Program-made: the position numbers and the translations under genes
Source: Ignavibacteriales bacterium
GTDB taxonomy: Bacteria > Bacteroidota > Ignavibacteria > Tepidaquicellales > Tepidaquicellaceae
Direction of reading: 5' to 3'
Assembly: GCA_020635255.1 (NCBI GenBank)
Contig: JACKAC010000001.1
Coordinates: forward strand, 976,814-1,000,813
DNA: 24,000 nucleotides
In this document: positions 13,171-22,195 of the stretch, piece by piece
Numbering within the stretch: the first letter of the stretch is position 1
Layout: every line of letters begins with the position of its first letter
The notes under the pieces: model-generated
The model's input: the letters and a program-made list of their open reading frames with translations, nothing else
Told to the model about the DNA's origin: nothing
Database searches by the model: none

Positions 13171-14139
13171 ATGCAGTATTACACAGAAAATCCCGAAATG
13201 AAGGAAACCAGAAAAGGATTCGCCGATGCCCTGGAACAGCTGGGAGCAGAAAACCCGGATGTTGTGGTGCTTGGCGGAGACGTAACGGGTTCGGTACGCA
13301 CGAACCAATTCAGGGACGCCTATCCCGACAGGTTCTTTTCGGTTGGAATAGCCGAGCAGGACATGATGGGAACTGCGGCAGGACTCGCGCTGGTAGGGAA
13401 GATACCGATCGCATCGACATACGGAGAGTTCGCTACGGGACGGCCATTCGACCAGATAAGGCAGTCGATAGCGTACAGCGAGATGAACGTGAAGATATGC
13501 GCTTCACACGCGGGGATAACTGTGGGATATGACGGAGCAACACACCAGTCATTCGAGGACGTTGCCATAATGAGGGTACTGCCTCATATGACCGTGTTGA
13601 CACCGTGCGATTATAACCAGACATTTAACGCGATAAAGGCAAGCGTGGATTTTGTAGGACCGTGCTACGTGAGATTTTACAGGGAGAACTCGCCGAACTT
13701 CACTGACATAAATGAGAAGTTCGAGATAGGGAAGGCGAAGATAATGGTGGAAGGTGACGATATTACATTGATGGCGAGCGGGCTGATCGTGTGGAATGCC
13801 ATAGTGGCGGCGCATAATCTTGCTAAGGATGGAATAAACGCAAGGGTAGTAAATATGTCTACGATAAAGCCGATAGACAGGGAGATGATATTAAAATGCG
13901 CGGATGAGACGGGAATGATAATCACATGCGAAGACCACCAATGGACAGCGGGGCTTTACGGCGCTGTGGCGGAGGTGCTTTCCAAGGAGAGACCGACTCC
14001 GATGGATTGGATAGCCATAAATGATACATTCGGGGAAAGCGGAGCCGGTGACCAATTGATGGTAAAATACGGCTTAGACCATACGGCGATCGAGAGGAAG
14101 GTCAGGGAGCACGTAAAAACAGCAGTGAATCAAAAATAA
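13171..14139 (+). CDS. Transketolase family protein, C-terminal half (pyrimidine-binding plus C-terminal domains)
   Basis: 322 aa. The segment RFFSVGIAEQDMMGTAAGLALVGKIPIASTYGEFATGRPFDQIRQ...SHAGITVGYDGATHQSFEDVAIMR is typical of the B subunit of split transketolases. Confidence 0.85.
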   Translation: MQYYTENPEMKETRKGFADALEQLGAENPDVVVLGGDVTGSVRTNQFRDAYPDRFFSVGIAEQDMMGTAAGLALVGKIPIASTYGEFATGRPFDQIRQSIAYSEMNVKICASHAGITVGYDGATHQSFEDVAIMRVLPHMTVLTPCDYNQTFNAIKASVDFVGPCYVRFYRENSPNFTDINEKFEIGKAKIMVEGDDITLMASGLIVWNAIVAAHNLAKDGINARVVNMSTIKPIDREMILKCADETGMIITCEDHQWTAGLYGAVAEVLSKERPTPMDWIAINDTFGESGAGDQLMVKYGLDHTAIERKVREHVKTAVNQK

Positions 14140-14189
14140 GGCGGATACGTAAATTTTATTAAATCCATAAATGTTAAGAATAGAAAAAG

Positions 14190-15377
14190 ATGGAAGCTGT
14201 AATAAAAGACAAAACCAATATGAGTAAGCTAAAAGTCGCAATTCCGATAGTAGTGCTGGTAGTTCTAATAGGAGGAGTATTACTGGGTAAGATGTATTTC
14301 GGGGGGAATAACGGTCCCAGCGTAAATACTGTAATGACTAAGCAGGAAGCCAACCAGGATATTACGGATGACAGGCAGAATGCTATTACAAGAGTAGTAA
14401 GCAAGGTGTCCGATGCTATAGTGGGCATCAATGTAGAGGAAGTGCAGGAGGTTCAGAACCCTTTCATGGACGATCCATTCTTCAGGCAGTTTTTCGGGGA
14501 GTCAGCTCCCAGGAAGCAAGTCGTGAGGGGACTTGGATCGGGATTTATAGTTTCCGAGGACGGGTATATAATCACAAACGACCACGTGGCGGGGAATGCA
14601 ACGAAGATCTCGGTGACATTGACGACGGGTGAGACGATACAAGCGAAACTTGTCGGCAAGGATCCGGTGAGTGACGTGGCGCTTTTAAAGATCGAAAAGA
14701 GCGGGCTGCCGTATTTGAAGTTCGCGAATTCGGATAATGTAATGATAGGCGAGTGGGCGATAGCGTTAGGAAACCCATTTGGGTTGTTTGAGATAAACGA
14801 TAAGCCGACGGTGACGGTAGGTGTGGTCAGCGCGACGAATATGAAGGTGTTTTCGGGGCAGAACAGAGTGTATAGCGACATGATACAGACGGACGCTTCG
14901 ATCAACGCAGGTAACTCCGGCGGACCGTTGCTTGATGCAAACGGTGATGTGATAGGAATGAACACGATCATCTATACGGGCGGAGGTTACGGACAGGGAA
15001 GTATCGGTGTGGGATTTGCAATATCGATAAACAGGGTGAACAGTATAGTAGAAGAGCTTAAGAAGAACGGTAGCATAGACAGGAATTTCAATGTTGGATT
15101 TAAAATACAGGCGATAGATGACAGGATTGCTGATTATCTCAAGCTGGATGATACGGAAGGCGCGGTGGTTGTGCAGGTACAGCCGGGAAGTTTATCCGAT
15201 AACGCAGGATTGAAAACAGAGGATGTGATAATCAAAGTGAACGGACTTGACGTAAAGAATGACCAGGAAGTGGCATTTGCGATAAACGATCTGAGGGTAG
15301 GCGACAAGCTAAAGCTGACGATACTCAGAGGCGGAAGCGAGAAAGATATAGAGATGGAGCTGGTAAGAAGTAAATAG
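14190..15377 (+). CDS. HtrA/DegP-family (S1C) serine protease with one PDZ domain and an N-terminal membrane anchor
   Basis: Catalytic-triad contexts ITNDHV, DVALLKI and GNSGGPLLD, followed by a C-terminal PDZ-like segment. An N-terminal hydrophobic helix is present. Confidence 0.9.
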   Translation: MEAVIKDKTNMSKLKVAIPIVVLVVLIGGVLLGKMYFGGNNGPSVNTVMTKQEANQDITDDRQNAITRVVSKVSDAIVGINVEEVQEVQNPFMDDPFFRQFFGESAPRKQVVRGLGSGFIVSEDGYIITNDHVAGNATKISVTLTTGETIQAKLVGKDPVSDVALLKIEKSGLPYLKFANSDNVMIGEWAIALGNPFGLFEINDKPTVTVGVVSATNMKVFSGQNRVYSDMIQTDASINAGNSGGPLLDANGDVIGMNTIIYTGGGYGQGSIGVGFAISINRVNSIVEELKKNGSIDRNFNVGFKIQAIDDRIADYLKLDDTEGAVVVQVQPGSLSDNAGLKTEDVIIKVNGLDVKNDQEVAFAINDLRVGDKLKLTILRGGSEKDIEMELVRSK

Positions 15378-15390
15378 AATTTTATAAATG

Positions 15391-15414
15391 CTTGTTGGTG
15401 ATAACACCAACAAG
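15391..15414. repeat. Perfect 10-bp-stem hairpin of the ttgttggtg family
   Basis: cttgttggtg ataa caccaacaag. The same arm sequence (g/c)ttgttggtg occurs in H1/H2 (4991, 5658) and at 10962-10971. Confidence 0.6.
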
Positions 15415-15447
15415 GGCAGAATAAATAACACTATATTCGGTGATTGT

Positions 15448-15477
15448 AGCCCGGTCAAGAATTTGATCGGGCTTTTT
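15448..15477 (+). terminator. Rho-independent terminator downstream of the HtrA gene
   Basis: agcccggtcaa (15448-15458) pairs with ttgatcgggct (15463-15473), giving 11 bp including one G-U pair, with a gaat loop and then tttt. Confidence 0.75.
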
Positions 15478-15520
15478 GTTTAGCTCTGCCGGGTTTACTT
15501 ATGGGAGCAATTTTAAAGGT

Positions 15521-15568
15521 TAGATTCAACCCACCCCCCGCCTACGGCGTACCCCTCCGTCGGAGGGG
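15521..15568 (+). repeat. GC-rich hairpin repeat modules
   Basis: tagattcaacccacccc (15521-15537) and cccctccgtcggagggg (15552-15568) are exact copies of modules at 11254-11270 and 11292-11308. The cgcctacggcg between them contains the reverse complement of gccgtaggc, which is found in the 69-bp tandem unit. Confidence 0.8.
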
Positions 15569-15581
15569 ATTGGAAAATATT

Positions 15582-16001
15582 CTATTGGATCTCTTCTTCT
15601 GCGGTGGAACTATCGTCTATGATGAGCTTTTTCTGAGGCTCCTGGGACATTCCTTTAGTTTTACAGCCGCCATTGAATTTGCCGCCCCGTTCCATCGTAA
15701 AGTAGGAAAGGTCGAGATTTCCGTTCACCGTACCGTTTTGCTTAATGGTAAGGCTTTCGGTGGTAATATCACCGGTCACATCACCATAAACAACAACGTC
15801 CGGCGCTTTTATATTTCCTTTTATCGAGCCTTTATCACCGACGATAATGCTTTTTTCCCCGGAGAGGTCGCCCTCAATGACTCCGTCAATGCGTGTAGAT
15901 GAAGGAGAGAAGAGATTTCCTTCAAACTTGCATCCTTCGCTGATCAGTGTGCGAATCTGATCGTTTCCTCCGGAAACCCCGTTTTCTTTTTTGTCAAACA
16001 T
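15582..16001 (-). CDS. Bactofilin (polymer-forming cytoskeletal protein, DUF583)
   Basis: 139 aa with repeated beta-helix-type motifs (RIDGVIEGDL..., IKGNIKAPDVVVYGDVTGDI..., VNGNLD...) characteristic of bactofilins. Confidence 0.85.
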   Translation of the reverse strand: MFDKKENGVSGGNDQIRTLISEGCKFEGNLFSPSSTRIDGVIEGDLSGEKSIIVGDKGSIKGNIKAPDVVVYGDVTGDITTESLTIKQNGTVNGNLDLSYFTMERGGKFNGGCKTKGMSQEPQKKLIIDDSSTAEEEIQ

Positions 16002-16009
16002 AATAAGTA

Positions 16010-16840
16010 TTATTTAAGATTAATGTAATCCTTTGGGTCAATGTCCGTACCATACCGTCTTATCTCGTAGTGAATGTGTGGTCCTGTGGACCGTCCCGTC
16101 GAGCCGAGAAAGCCGATAATGTCGCCTGCTTTGACTTTCTGTCCGGAAAGAACGTTGAATCCGGAGAGGTGTCCGTAAACAGTTTCATATCCGTAATCAT
16201 GCTGAATAACCACGGCGCGTCCGTAACCGCCCTTCCAATCGGCAAGAGTAACAGTTCCGTCGGCAGTGGCTTTGATCGGGTCGCCTATATTTCCTTTGAA
16301 ATCCATTCCTGAATGGAATTCGGTGCTTCTGCCTCCAAAGGGGTTGCTTCTATAACCATAAGGAGAGCTTTCCTCACCAATGTACGGAAGTCCAAGAGGT
16401 ATATTCTGAATATCGTGAATGAGTTTGGAAGTGTGGTACTCGTAAAAATCGTAAACCCTGAAATCGAATCCGCGGTTCTCGTTCACTTCACCGCCTATAG
16501 GCTCGCTTTCGTTGTTGATACCTTTTTCTTCGAGGAAATTATCTATCTTGTGTATCTTTTCCTCAATGTTATTGACCTTATTTTTTATATGCAGGCTGTC
16601 CATTAGTTTGAGGTCATTCTGCATAACTGTAATTTGCTCGTTGAGCCCGGAATTTTTATTTATTACAAATATTAATCCCACAAGAAGCGCCAGCGATATT
16701 ATCACCAAACCCGACAGGGCGGCAATCGATCCCTTTATAATTGCTTCTTTTTTCTTAATAAATTTACTAGGAATTTGCAGAGAGAAAGGTTTTTCGCCCT
16801 CGCTTCCAACAAAAAGCACGGTAGTGTAATTTTTCTCCAT
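16010..16840 (-). CDS. M23 (LytM-type) metallopeptidase with N-terminal membrane anchor and coiled-coil
   Basis: HSGMDFKG...DPI.A.ADGTV...GGYG..V.I.H..GYETVYGHLS....G..V..G..IG..GSTGRSTGPHIHYEI is the canonical M23 HxxxD / HxH motif set. The gene ends 8 bp before the bactofilin start. Confidence 0.9.
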   Translation of the reverse strand: MEKNYTTVLFVGSEGEKPFSLQIPSKFIKKKEAIIKGSIAALSGLVIISLALLVGLIFVINKNSGLNEQITVMQNDLKLMDSLHIKNKVNNIEEKIHKIDNFLEEKGINNESEPIGGEVNENRGFDFRVYDFYEYHTSKLIHDIQNIPLGLPYIGEESSPYGYRSNPFGGRSTEFHSGMDFKGNIGDPIKATADGTVTLADWKGGYGRAVVIQHDYGYETVYGHLSGFNVLSGQKVKAGDIIGFLGSTGRSTGPHIHYEIRRYGTDIDPKDYINLK

Positions 16841-17005
16841 AGTTGAGTGTAAATTTAAGCAGAACTTTAAACATACTAAAAAAGCTTTCTATCTTCAATT
16901 TATATCGTACGTCTTTACAGTAATATAAAGCTATCGTAAAAGTGGTCTAAGTATATTAAATATAAGTAAGTTGATTATACTAAGCTAAATAAGTATTTTA
17001 AAGAA

Positions 17006-18406
17006 ATGTACACGAAAATCGACCCCCAAATACTCGAAAAACTTGCCTCAATAGCCGGCAAAGAGAACGTAATTACGGATGAATATAACCTGGATGTATA
17101 TTCAAGGGATTACACGGAAGATTTTTCATTCAAACCCGAAGTCGTGATAAAACCCGGCACTGTCGAGGAAATTTCCCAGATAGTAAAGCTAGCCAATGAA
17201 GAGAACATCCCCGTTTACCCGCGGGGGGGCGGAACGGGATTATCAGGCGGAGCGCTTGCGCTTTTAGGTGGGATGTGCCTATCAATGGAAAGGTTTAAAA
17301 AGATCATAAAGATAGACGAGGATAACTTCCAGGCGGTAGTGGAACCGGGAGTTATAACGCAGAATTTTCATGACGAGTGTGAAAAGAGAGGATTGTTTTA
17401 TCCTCCTGACCCGGCATCGAGAGGAAGCTGTACACTGGGAGGCAACCTGGCGGAATGCGCAGGCGGTCCCAGAGCAGTAAAATACGGTGTAACGAAGGAT
17501 TATGTGCTGGGAATAGAATTCGTAAGCCCGGAGGGTGAAATAATAAACACAGGCGCAGGTGTACTGAAAAACGTGAGCGGGTATAATCTTACGCAGCTGA
17601 TAGTAGGAAGCGAAGGGACGCTGGGGATAATTACAAAGATAATATTTAAGCTGATACCACTGCCAAAGTATAAGAAGGTGATGATGGCGGCTTATGACAG
17701 CCTGGAAAATTGCACAAGGTCGGTCGCGGAGATATTTAAAGCGGGTGTAACACCGTCCGCGCTGGAATTTATGGAGAGAGACGCAATAAAGGCGGCAGAG
17801 GACAAGATGGGGAAGAAATTTCCAAACAGCGGAGCGGAAGCCCAGCTATTGATAGAATGTGACGGGAATTACGAGGAGCATGTGGACGCGGACATAGAAA
17901 AAATAGCAGAAGTGGTGGAGAGAGAGGGCGCTATAGACATGGTGCTGGCAGAGGATTCTAATAAAATGAATGAGCTGTGGGGACTGAGGAGGTGTATCGG
18001 TGAAGCAGTGAAGTCTATATCCGCATATAAAGAAGAGGATACGGTTGTTCCGAGAGCGAACATACCTCCGCTTGTTAAAGGGGTAAAGGACATTACGAAA
18101 AAGTACGGAATTACGGCTATATGTTACGGACACGCGGGCGATGGTAATGTTCACGTGAATATACTCAAAGGGAATGAAGTAAATCCTGCATGGGATGAGA
18201 ACCTGGATAAGGCAATCAGGGAGATATTCGCGCTGACAGTGAGCCTGGGCGGGATGATATCAGGCGAGCACGGTATCGGTTATTCGCAGAAGGAATACCT
18301 GGGAATTGCGCTGGAAAAGAATGAAATAGACATGATGAAAAAGATAAAGCAAACGCTGGACCCGAAGAATATACTAAACCCGGGGAAGATCTTTCCGGGA
18401 GAGTAA
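17006..18406 (+). CDS. FAD-linked oxidase (GlcD / D-lactate dehydrogenase family)
   Basis: 466 aa. FAD-binding PCMH-type segment PRGGGTGLSGGA, followed by the C-terminal FAD-oxidase_C pattern (GHAGDGNVH, SGEHGIG, LDP.NILNPGK). Confidence 0.85.
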   Translation: MYTKIDPQILEKLASIAGKENVITDEYNLDVYSRDYTEDFSFKPEVVIKPGTVEEISQIVKLANEENIPVYPRGGGTGLSGGALALLGGMCLSMERFKKIIKIDEDNFQAVVEPGVITQNFHDECEKRGLFYPPDPASRGSCTLGGNLAECAGGPRAVKYGVTKDYVLGIEFVSPEGEIINTGAGVLKNVSGYNLTQLIVGSEGTLGIITKIIFKLIPLPKYKKVMMAAYDSLENCTRSVAEIFKAGVTPSALEFMERDAIKAAEDKMGKKFPNSGAEAQLLIECDGNYEEHVDADIEKIAEVVEREGAIDMVLAEDSNKMNELWGLRRCIGEAVKSISAYKEEDTVVPRANIPPLVKGVKDITKKYGITAICYGHAGDGNVHVNILKGNEVNPAWDENLDKAIREIFALTVSLGGMISGEHGIGYSQKEYLGIALEKNEIDMMKKIKQTLDPKNILNPGKIFPGE

Positions 18407-18453
18407 CCAGCCACAGAGGCACTGAGTACACAGAGAAAAATTATATTATTTAA

Positions 18454-18855
18454 ATGGTAGAGACTAAAATTCAAATAAGAGTTTTGTATGCTCATACAGA
18501 TAAGATGGGAGTGGTGTATTACGGCAGGTATTATGAGTATTTCGAGGCGGGCAGGAATGACATGCTTCATAAGCTTGGATACCCTTATGTAGAGATGGAA
18601 AAGGAGAACATAATGCTTCCCGTGATAGAGTCGTATTGTAAATACTTTTCCGGGGCGAAGTATGATGATATAATTACGGTCAAAAGTATGCTAAAGGAAG
18701 TTCCAACCGTCCGTATAAGAATAGAATATGAAATTATGAAAGGTGATGAGCTGATAGTAACAGGTCACACGGTGCACTCATTTGTAAATGCGGAAAAAAT
18801 GAAGCCGACACGCCCCCCGGAGAGATTAATACAAATAATTAAGGAAAGAATATAA
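18454..18855 (+). CDS. YbgC/FadM-type acyl-CoA thioesterase (hotdog fold, 4HBT family)
   Basis: 133 aa. The segment IRVLYAHTDKMGVVYYGRYYEYFEAGRNDMLHKLG carries the 4HBT motif with the catalytic Asp context. Confidence 0.8.
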   Translation: MVETKIQIRVLYAHTDKMGVVYYGRYYEYFEAGRNDMLHKLGYPYVEMEKENIMLPVIESYCKYFSGAKYDDIITVKSMLKEVPTVRIRIEYEIMKGDELIVTGHTVHSFVNAEKMKPTRPPERLIQIIKERI

Positions 18856-18861
18856 CCTGTT

Positions 18862-19254
18862 TTGATCAGCGAAGAAAATATCTTATTTATTCTTTATGTA
18901 AAAGATCAATCTGTCAGCAAGGATTTTTACAGGAATGTTTTTGCAAGGGATCCCGAGCTGGATGTAGAGGGAATGACAGAATTCAGACTAAGCGATAACT
19001 GCCGGATAGGTTTGCTGCCGGAGCGGAATATTTCAAAATTATTGACAGGTATGCCGGCACCTGAAACAGGGAGCGGGATTCCCAGATGTGAAATGTATAT
19101 ATATGTGGATGACCCGGATGAATATGGCAGCAGAGTTGTAAATAATAATGGCAGGCTTATAAACGGGACGGAAATGCGGAGCTGGGGTGACGAAGTATGT
19201 TATTGCGCAGATCCCGATGGACACATACTAGCCTTTACAAAAATTAAGAATTAA
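18862..19254 (+). CDS. VOC (glyoxalase/bleomycin-resistance-like) family protein
   Basis: 130 aa with a TTG start. ILYVKDQSVSKDFYRNVF... and the C-terminal ...CADPDGHILAF resemble the paired beta-alpha-beta-beta-beta modules of VOC proteins. This is a motif-level call only. Confidence 0.5.
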   Translation: MISEENILFILYVKDQSVSKDFYRNVFARDPELDVEGMTEFRLSDNCRIGLLPERNISKLLTGMPAPETGSGIPRCEMYIYVDDPDEYGSRVVNNNGRLINGTEMRSWGDEVCYCADPDGHILAFTKIKN

Positions 19255-19256
19255 AA

Positions 19257-20120
19257 TTGGACTATTACAAGAATTTCGATCTCGAGCAGGCGAGGAAGAC
19301 GATAAAGCTTGCTCTAAAGGAAGACATTGGAAGCGGTGACGTTACATCGGATAATTTTATATCGAAGGATTCCGTGTCAAGGGCAGACATTCTTGTAAAG
19401 GAGAATGGTGTAATAGCCGGTTTGAAGATATTCCAGATGGTATTTAACGAAGTAGATCCGAAAGTTAAGGTAAGATTTAGGGTTAAAGATGGAGCTAAAG
19501 TAAGGAAAGGGCAAATTATCGGGGAGGTAAACGGAAGAAGCAGGAGCATTTTGAAGGCGGAAAGGGTAGGGTTGAATTTATTGCAAAGGATGAGCGGGAT
19601 AGCCACCCAGGCAATGAGGGCAAAGGAGGCACTTGGCGATAACAGGATAAGTGTAGTAGATACCCGCAAAACTACACCAAATATGAGGCTCTTTGAGAAA
19701 CTGGCTGTAAAAATGGGAGGGGGAGCGAACCACAGAGAAGGTCTTTATGATATGATATTGATAAAGGATAACCATATCGAAGCCAGCGGTGGGCTAGAGA
19801 AGACTATTGAAAAGATAAAAAAAGTAAGAAAAAAAACGGAACTCAAAATCGAGGTAGAAGTAAAAAATCTGAGAGAGTTCAAATTACTCACCGAAAATGT
19901 TAAGGGGCTTGTAGATAGGGTAATGCTGGATAATTTCAGTATTGCCGATGTGCGGAAGGCAATCAGGGGAAACAAAGCCGGGTTTGAGATAGAGATATCA
20001 GGTGGAGTAAATCTAAAGAATATAAATAAATACAAAGGTATAAGAGGAATAGGTCTTATTTCGATGGGGTCGCTGACACATTCTGTAAAATCAATGGATA
20101 TTGCGCTGGATTTCAAATAA
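19257..20120 (+). CDS. nadC: Nicotinate-nucleotide pyrophosphorylase [carboxylating] (quinolinate phosphoribosyltransferase)
   Basis: ALKEDIGSGDVTS, AERVGLNLLQRMSGIAT, DTRKTTPNMRLFEKLAVKMGGGANHR and LIKDNHI are canonical NadC motifs. The start is TTG, 2 nt after the preceding stop. Confidence 0.92.
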   Translation: MDYYKNFDLEQARKTIKLALKEDIGSGDVTSDNFISKDSVSRADILVKENGVIAGLKIFQMVFNEVDPKVKVRFRVKDGAKVRKGQIIGEVNGRSRSILKAERVGLNLLQRMSGIATQAMRAKEALGDNRISVVDTRKTTPNMRLFEKLAVKMGGGANHREGLYDMILIKDNHIEASGGLEKTIEKIKKVRKKTELKIEVEVKNLREFKLLTENVKGLVDRVMLDNFSIADVRKAIRGNKAGFEIEISGGVNLKNINKYKGIRGIGLISMGSLTHSVKSMDIALDFK

Positions 20121-20192
20121 AGGTAATTTAACTTGAATAAAAATTCGTTTTAAGTTAATTTTTCAAAGTTTCCAAAACCAAAATCAAGAAAT

Positions 20193-20726
20193 ATGCAGAA
20201 TTTGAAAAACCAATTAGGCTTTTTGCTTGCAATTTTTATTTCAGTTGCAGTGGTCTTTGCATGTAACAAGTTGAAAGAGGAGACAAGCTCTGACGACAAA
20301 ACAGAAAAGACCGAAAAAACAGAGAAAACCGAAGATGACAGCAAGGATGATAAGAGAACTTCATCCGGTGATAAATTCGATGGATCTAGATTATACTTCT
20401 GCGAGAGATATTCATCAGCCAGCGGAGAGGTAGGAGAATCCAGCGTATTTACCATTCCGAGAAGCGGTGGTTACTTAACAGTTATGATCGACCTTCGCCC
20501 GGCAGATGCAACTATCGGTACAGGAAAGGTTGACCTCAGAATCTCAAGGTACGAAGGAAGCAAAGAGAAGATAGTTGATACTTTGCCATTCGACGTGCAG
20601 CCTGATTGGGATTATATTCACTTTGATAAAGTAACATTCTATAAATCCGGTGATTACAAGGTTACTTTGTTAAAGAGCGATGGTACACCTGTTGCTTCAG
20701 GAGAGGTTACCATCAATTACAGATAA
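20193..20726 (+). CDS. Secreted/lipoprotein paralog 1 of the FCE-motif small-protein family (with an acidic KTE-repeat linker)
   Basis: Signal peptide ending in the lipobox-like VFAC, then a low-complexity DDKTEKTEKTEKTEDDSKDDK linker. The conserved domain follows (LYFCERY, GGYLTVM, DWDYIHF, GDYKVTL). Confidence 0.75.
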   Translation: MQNLKNQLGFLLAIFISVAVVFACNKLKEETSSDDKTEKTEKTEKTEDDSKDDKRTSSGDKFDGSRLYFCERYSSASGEVGESSVFTIPRSGGYLTVMIDLRPADATIGTGKVDLRISRYEGSKEKIVDTLPFDVQPDWDYIHFDKVTFYKSGDYKVTLLKSDGTPVASGEVTINYR

Positions 20727-20759
20727 GAAACTATTCCTAGGAAACTTTCAAGAATCGGG

Positions 20760-21191
20760 ATGAAGAAAATATTTTTTATCCTAGGCATATTTCTTTATGT
20801 ATTTGCGACAGACGTTCATTCTCAACAAAAGCAGTTATTATACTTTTGTGAGACTTATGATGAAGCGAACGGGAGGGAAGTAGGGGTTTCTGATATATTC
20901 GAGATCCCCCCGACAGGCGGTTACCTGACGGTGATGGTTAATCTAGCTCCCATAGGTACTGTAATAGGAACGACGGACGTCGATCTAAAGATATACAAGG
21001 TAGAGAACGGAGAACTAAGATACATTAGTACCGAACCATTTAATGTGGAAACAGATTGGGATTACATTTTTTTTAGTGAGATAACGTTTTATGAGGAAGG
21101 AATTTACAAGGTAGAATTGGACAAGGGAGACGGTACGTATGTTTGCTCTGGATATGTGGAGATAGTTTTCCCGGATTCAAACGCTTATTAA
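20760..21191 (+). CDS. Secreted paralog 2 of the FCE-motif small-protein family
   Basis: Signal peptide, then LYFCETYD, GGYLTVM, DWDYIFF and GIYKVEL. Confidence 0.75.
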   Translation: MKKIFFILGIFLYVFATDVHSQQKQLLYFCETYDEANGREVGVSDIFEIPPTGGYLTVMVNLAPIGTVIGTTDVDLKIYKVENGELRYISTEPFNVETDWDYIFFSEITFYEEGIYKVELDKGDGTYVCSGYVEIVFPDSNAY

Positions 21192-21265
21192 CGGAACATT
21201 TTATAACCATTGAGGTTTACACTAAAGTTTCAAAAATTAATTTAAATAACTAACAGGAGAGTAAA

Positions 21266-21688
21266 ATGAAAAAACTTTTAGTCGCATTTTCTTTTTTAAT
21301 GTTGCTTTCGCTTTTTGGCATGAACCAAAAGACATATGCTCAGAGCGGACCAGTAATGTATTTCTGTGAAAGATATGATCCGTCATTGGGTGAAATCGGT
21401 ATCAGTGACAGGTTCACAACCGGCTATCTTACCGTTATGGTAAAGTGTAATTACGAATTAGGTCTGAGCGATGTTTCTATTCAGTTTGACAAATGGAATC
21501 CATCCGAGAAGAAGTTTGAATATTACAAGGATTTCAATTACAGTGTCGAGCCGAGTATGAAATATATATATTTCTCAAAGAATTCCGAAAGTGATATGCA
21601 GTTTGACACGCCCGGTATTTACAGGGTATTCTTATTGGATAACAACAGGAATACAGTGACAAGCGCATTAATAGAAATTATTCCGTAA
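21266..21688 (+). CDS. Secreted paralog 3 of the FCE-motif small-protein family
   Basis: AGGAGA Shine-Dalgarno motif upstream. Signal peptide, then MYFCERYD, GYLTVM, YIYF and GIYRVFL. Confidence 0.75.
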   Translation: MKKLLVAFSFLMLLSLFGMNQKTYAQSGPVMYFCERYDPSLGEIGISDRFTTGYLTVMVKCNYELGLSDVSIQFDKWNPSEKKFEYYKDFNYSVEPSMKYIYFSKNSESDMQFDTPGIYRVFLLDNNRNTVTSALIEIIP

Positions 21689-21716
21689 GCACAGGTGCTT
21701 ATAAAGGACAGAGATC

Positions 21717-22118
21717 ATGAAGTATGTAAAGATAGCAGTGTGTGTTATATTATTGTTTGTTGTAAATGAATTATCTTATTCTCAGACATTACAGTTCTGT
21801 GAAAAAGTAAGTGACAATGGTACGGCTGTTAACCCCAAGACCTTATTCACGATAGATAAGAGCAAGGGGGGTACGATAAAGTTTTTGGTAAAACTTCCAT
21901 TCAGCGTAGGGACCGATAAAGTGACATATGAGCTATACACTGTCGACGGTTCCGGAGCCGAGAGTTTTATAAGGAGCATCAGCCAGGATGTAGGTACCGA
22001 CTGGCTGTGGTTTTGGAAGGATGTAAAATTTGCCAAAAACGGGTCATATAATGTAAAAGTATATGACGGACAGGGAAACCATCTGGTCACGGCACATTTA
22101 ACAATACAATATAATTGA
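21717..22118 (+). CDS. Secreted paralog 4 (most divergent) of the FCE-motif small-protein family
   Basis: Signal peptide, then LQFCEKV, GGTIKFLV, DWLWFW and GSYNVKV. It has the same length and motif order as paralogs 1-3. Confidence 0.7.
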   Translation: MKYVKIAVCVILLFVVNELSYSQTLQFCEKVSDNGTAVNPKTLFTIDKSKGGTIKFLVKLPFSVGTDKVTYELYTVDGSGAESFIRSISQDVGTDWLWFWKDVKFAKNGSYNVKVYDGQGNHLVTAHLTIQYN

Positions 22119-22140
22119 CATTAATTTCATATAATTTTTA

Positions 22141-22190
22141 AAAGGTTATCCCGATATTATCTTCTAATGATATGACGGGATAACCTTTTT
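22141..22190 (+). terminator. Long-stem hairpin terminator after the paralog cluster
   Basis: aaaggttatcccg (22141-22153) pairs perfectly with cgggataaccttt (22176-22188) and is followed by tt. The loop is large (22 nt) but partly self-pairing. Confidence 0.55.
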
Positions 22191-22195
22191 ATATT

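Noticed and set aside
18853-18864. Thioesterase and VOC ORFs are in the same frame, 6 nt apart: possible read-through or selenocysteine recoding, given selD in the window
   Set aside because: The intervening stop is TAA, not TGA, and no SECIS-like hairpin follows. These are two ordinary adjacent genes.
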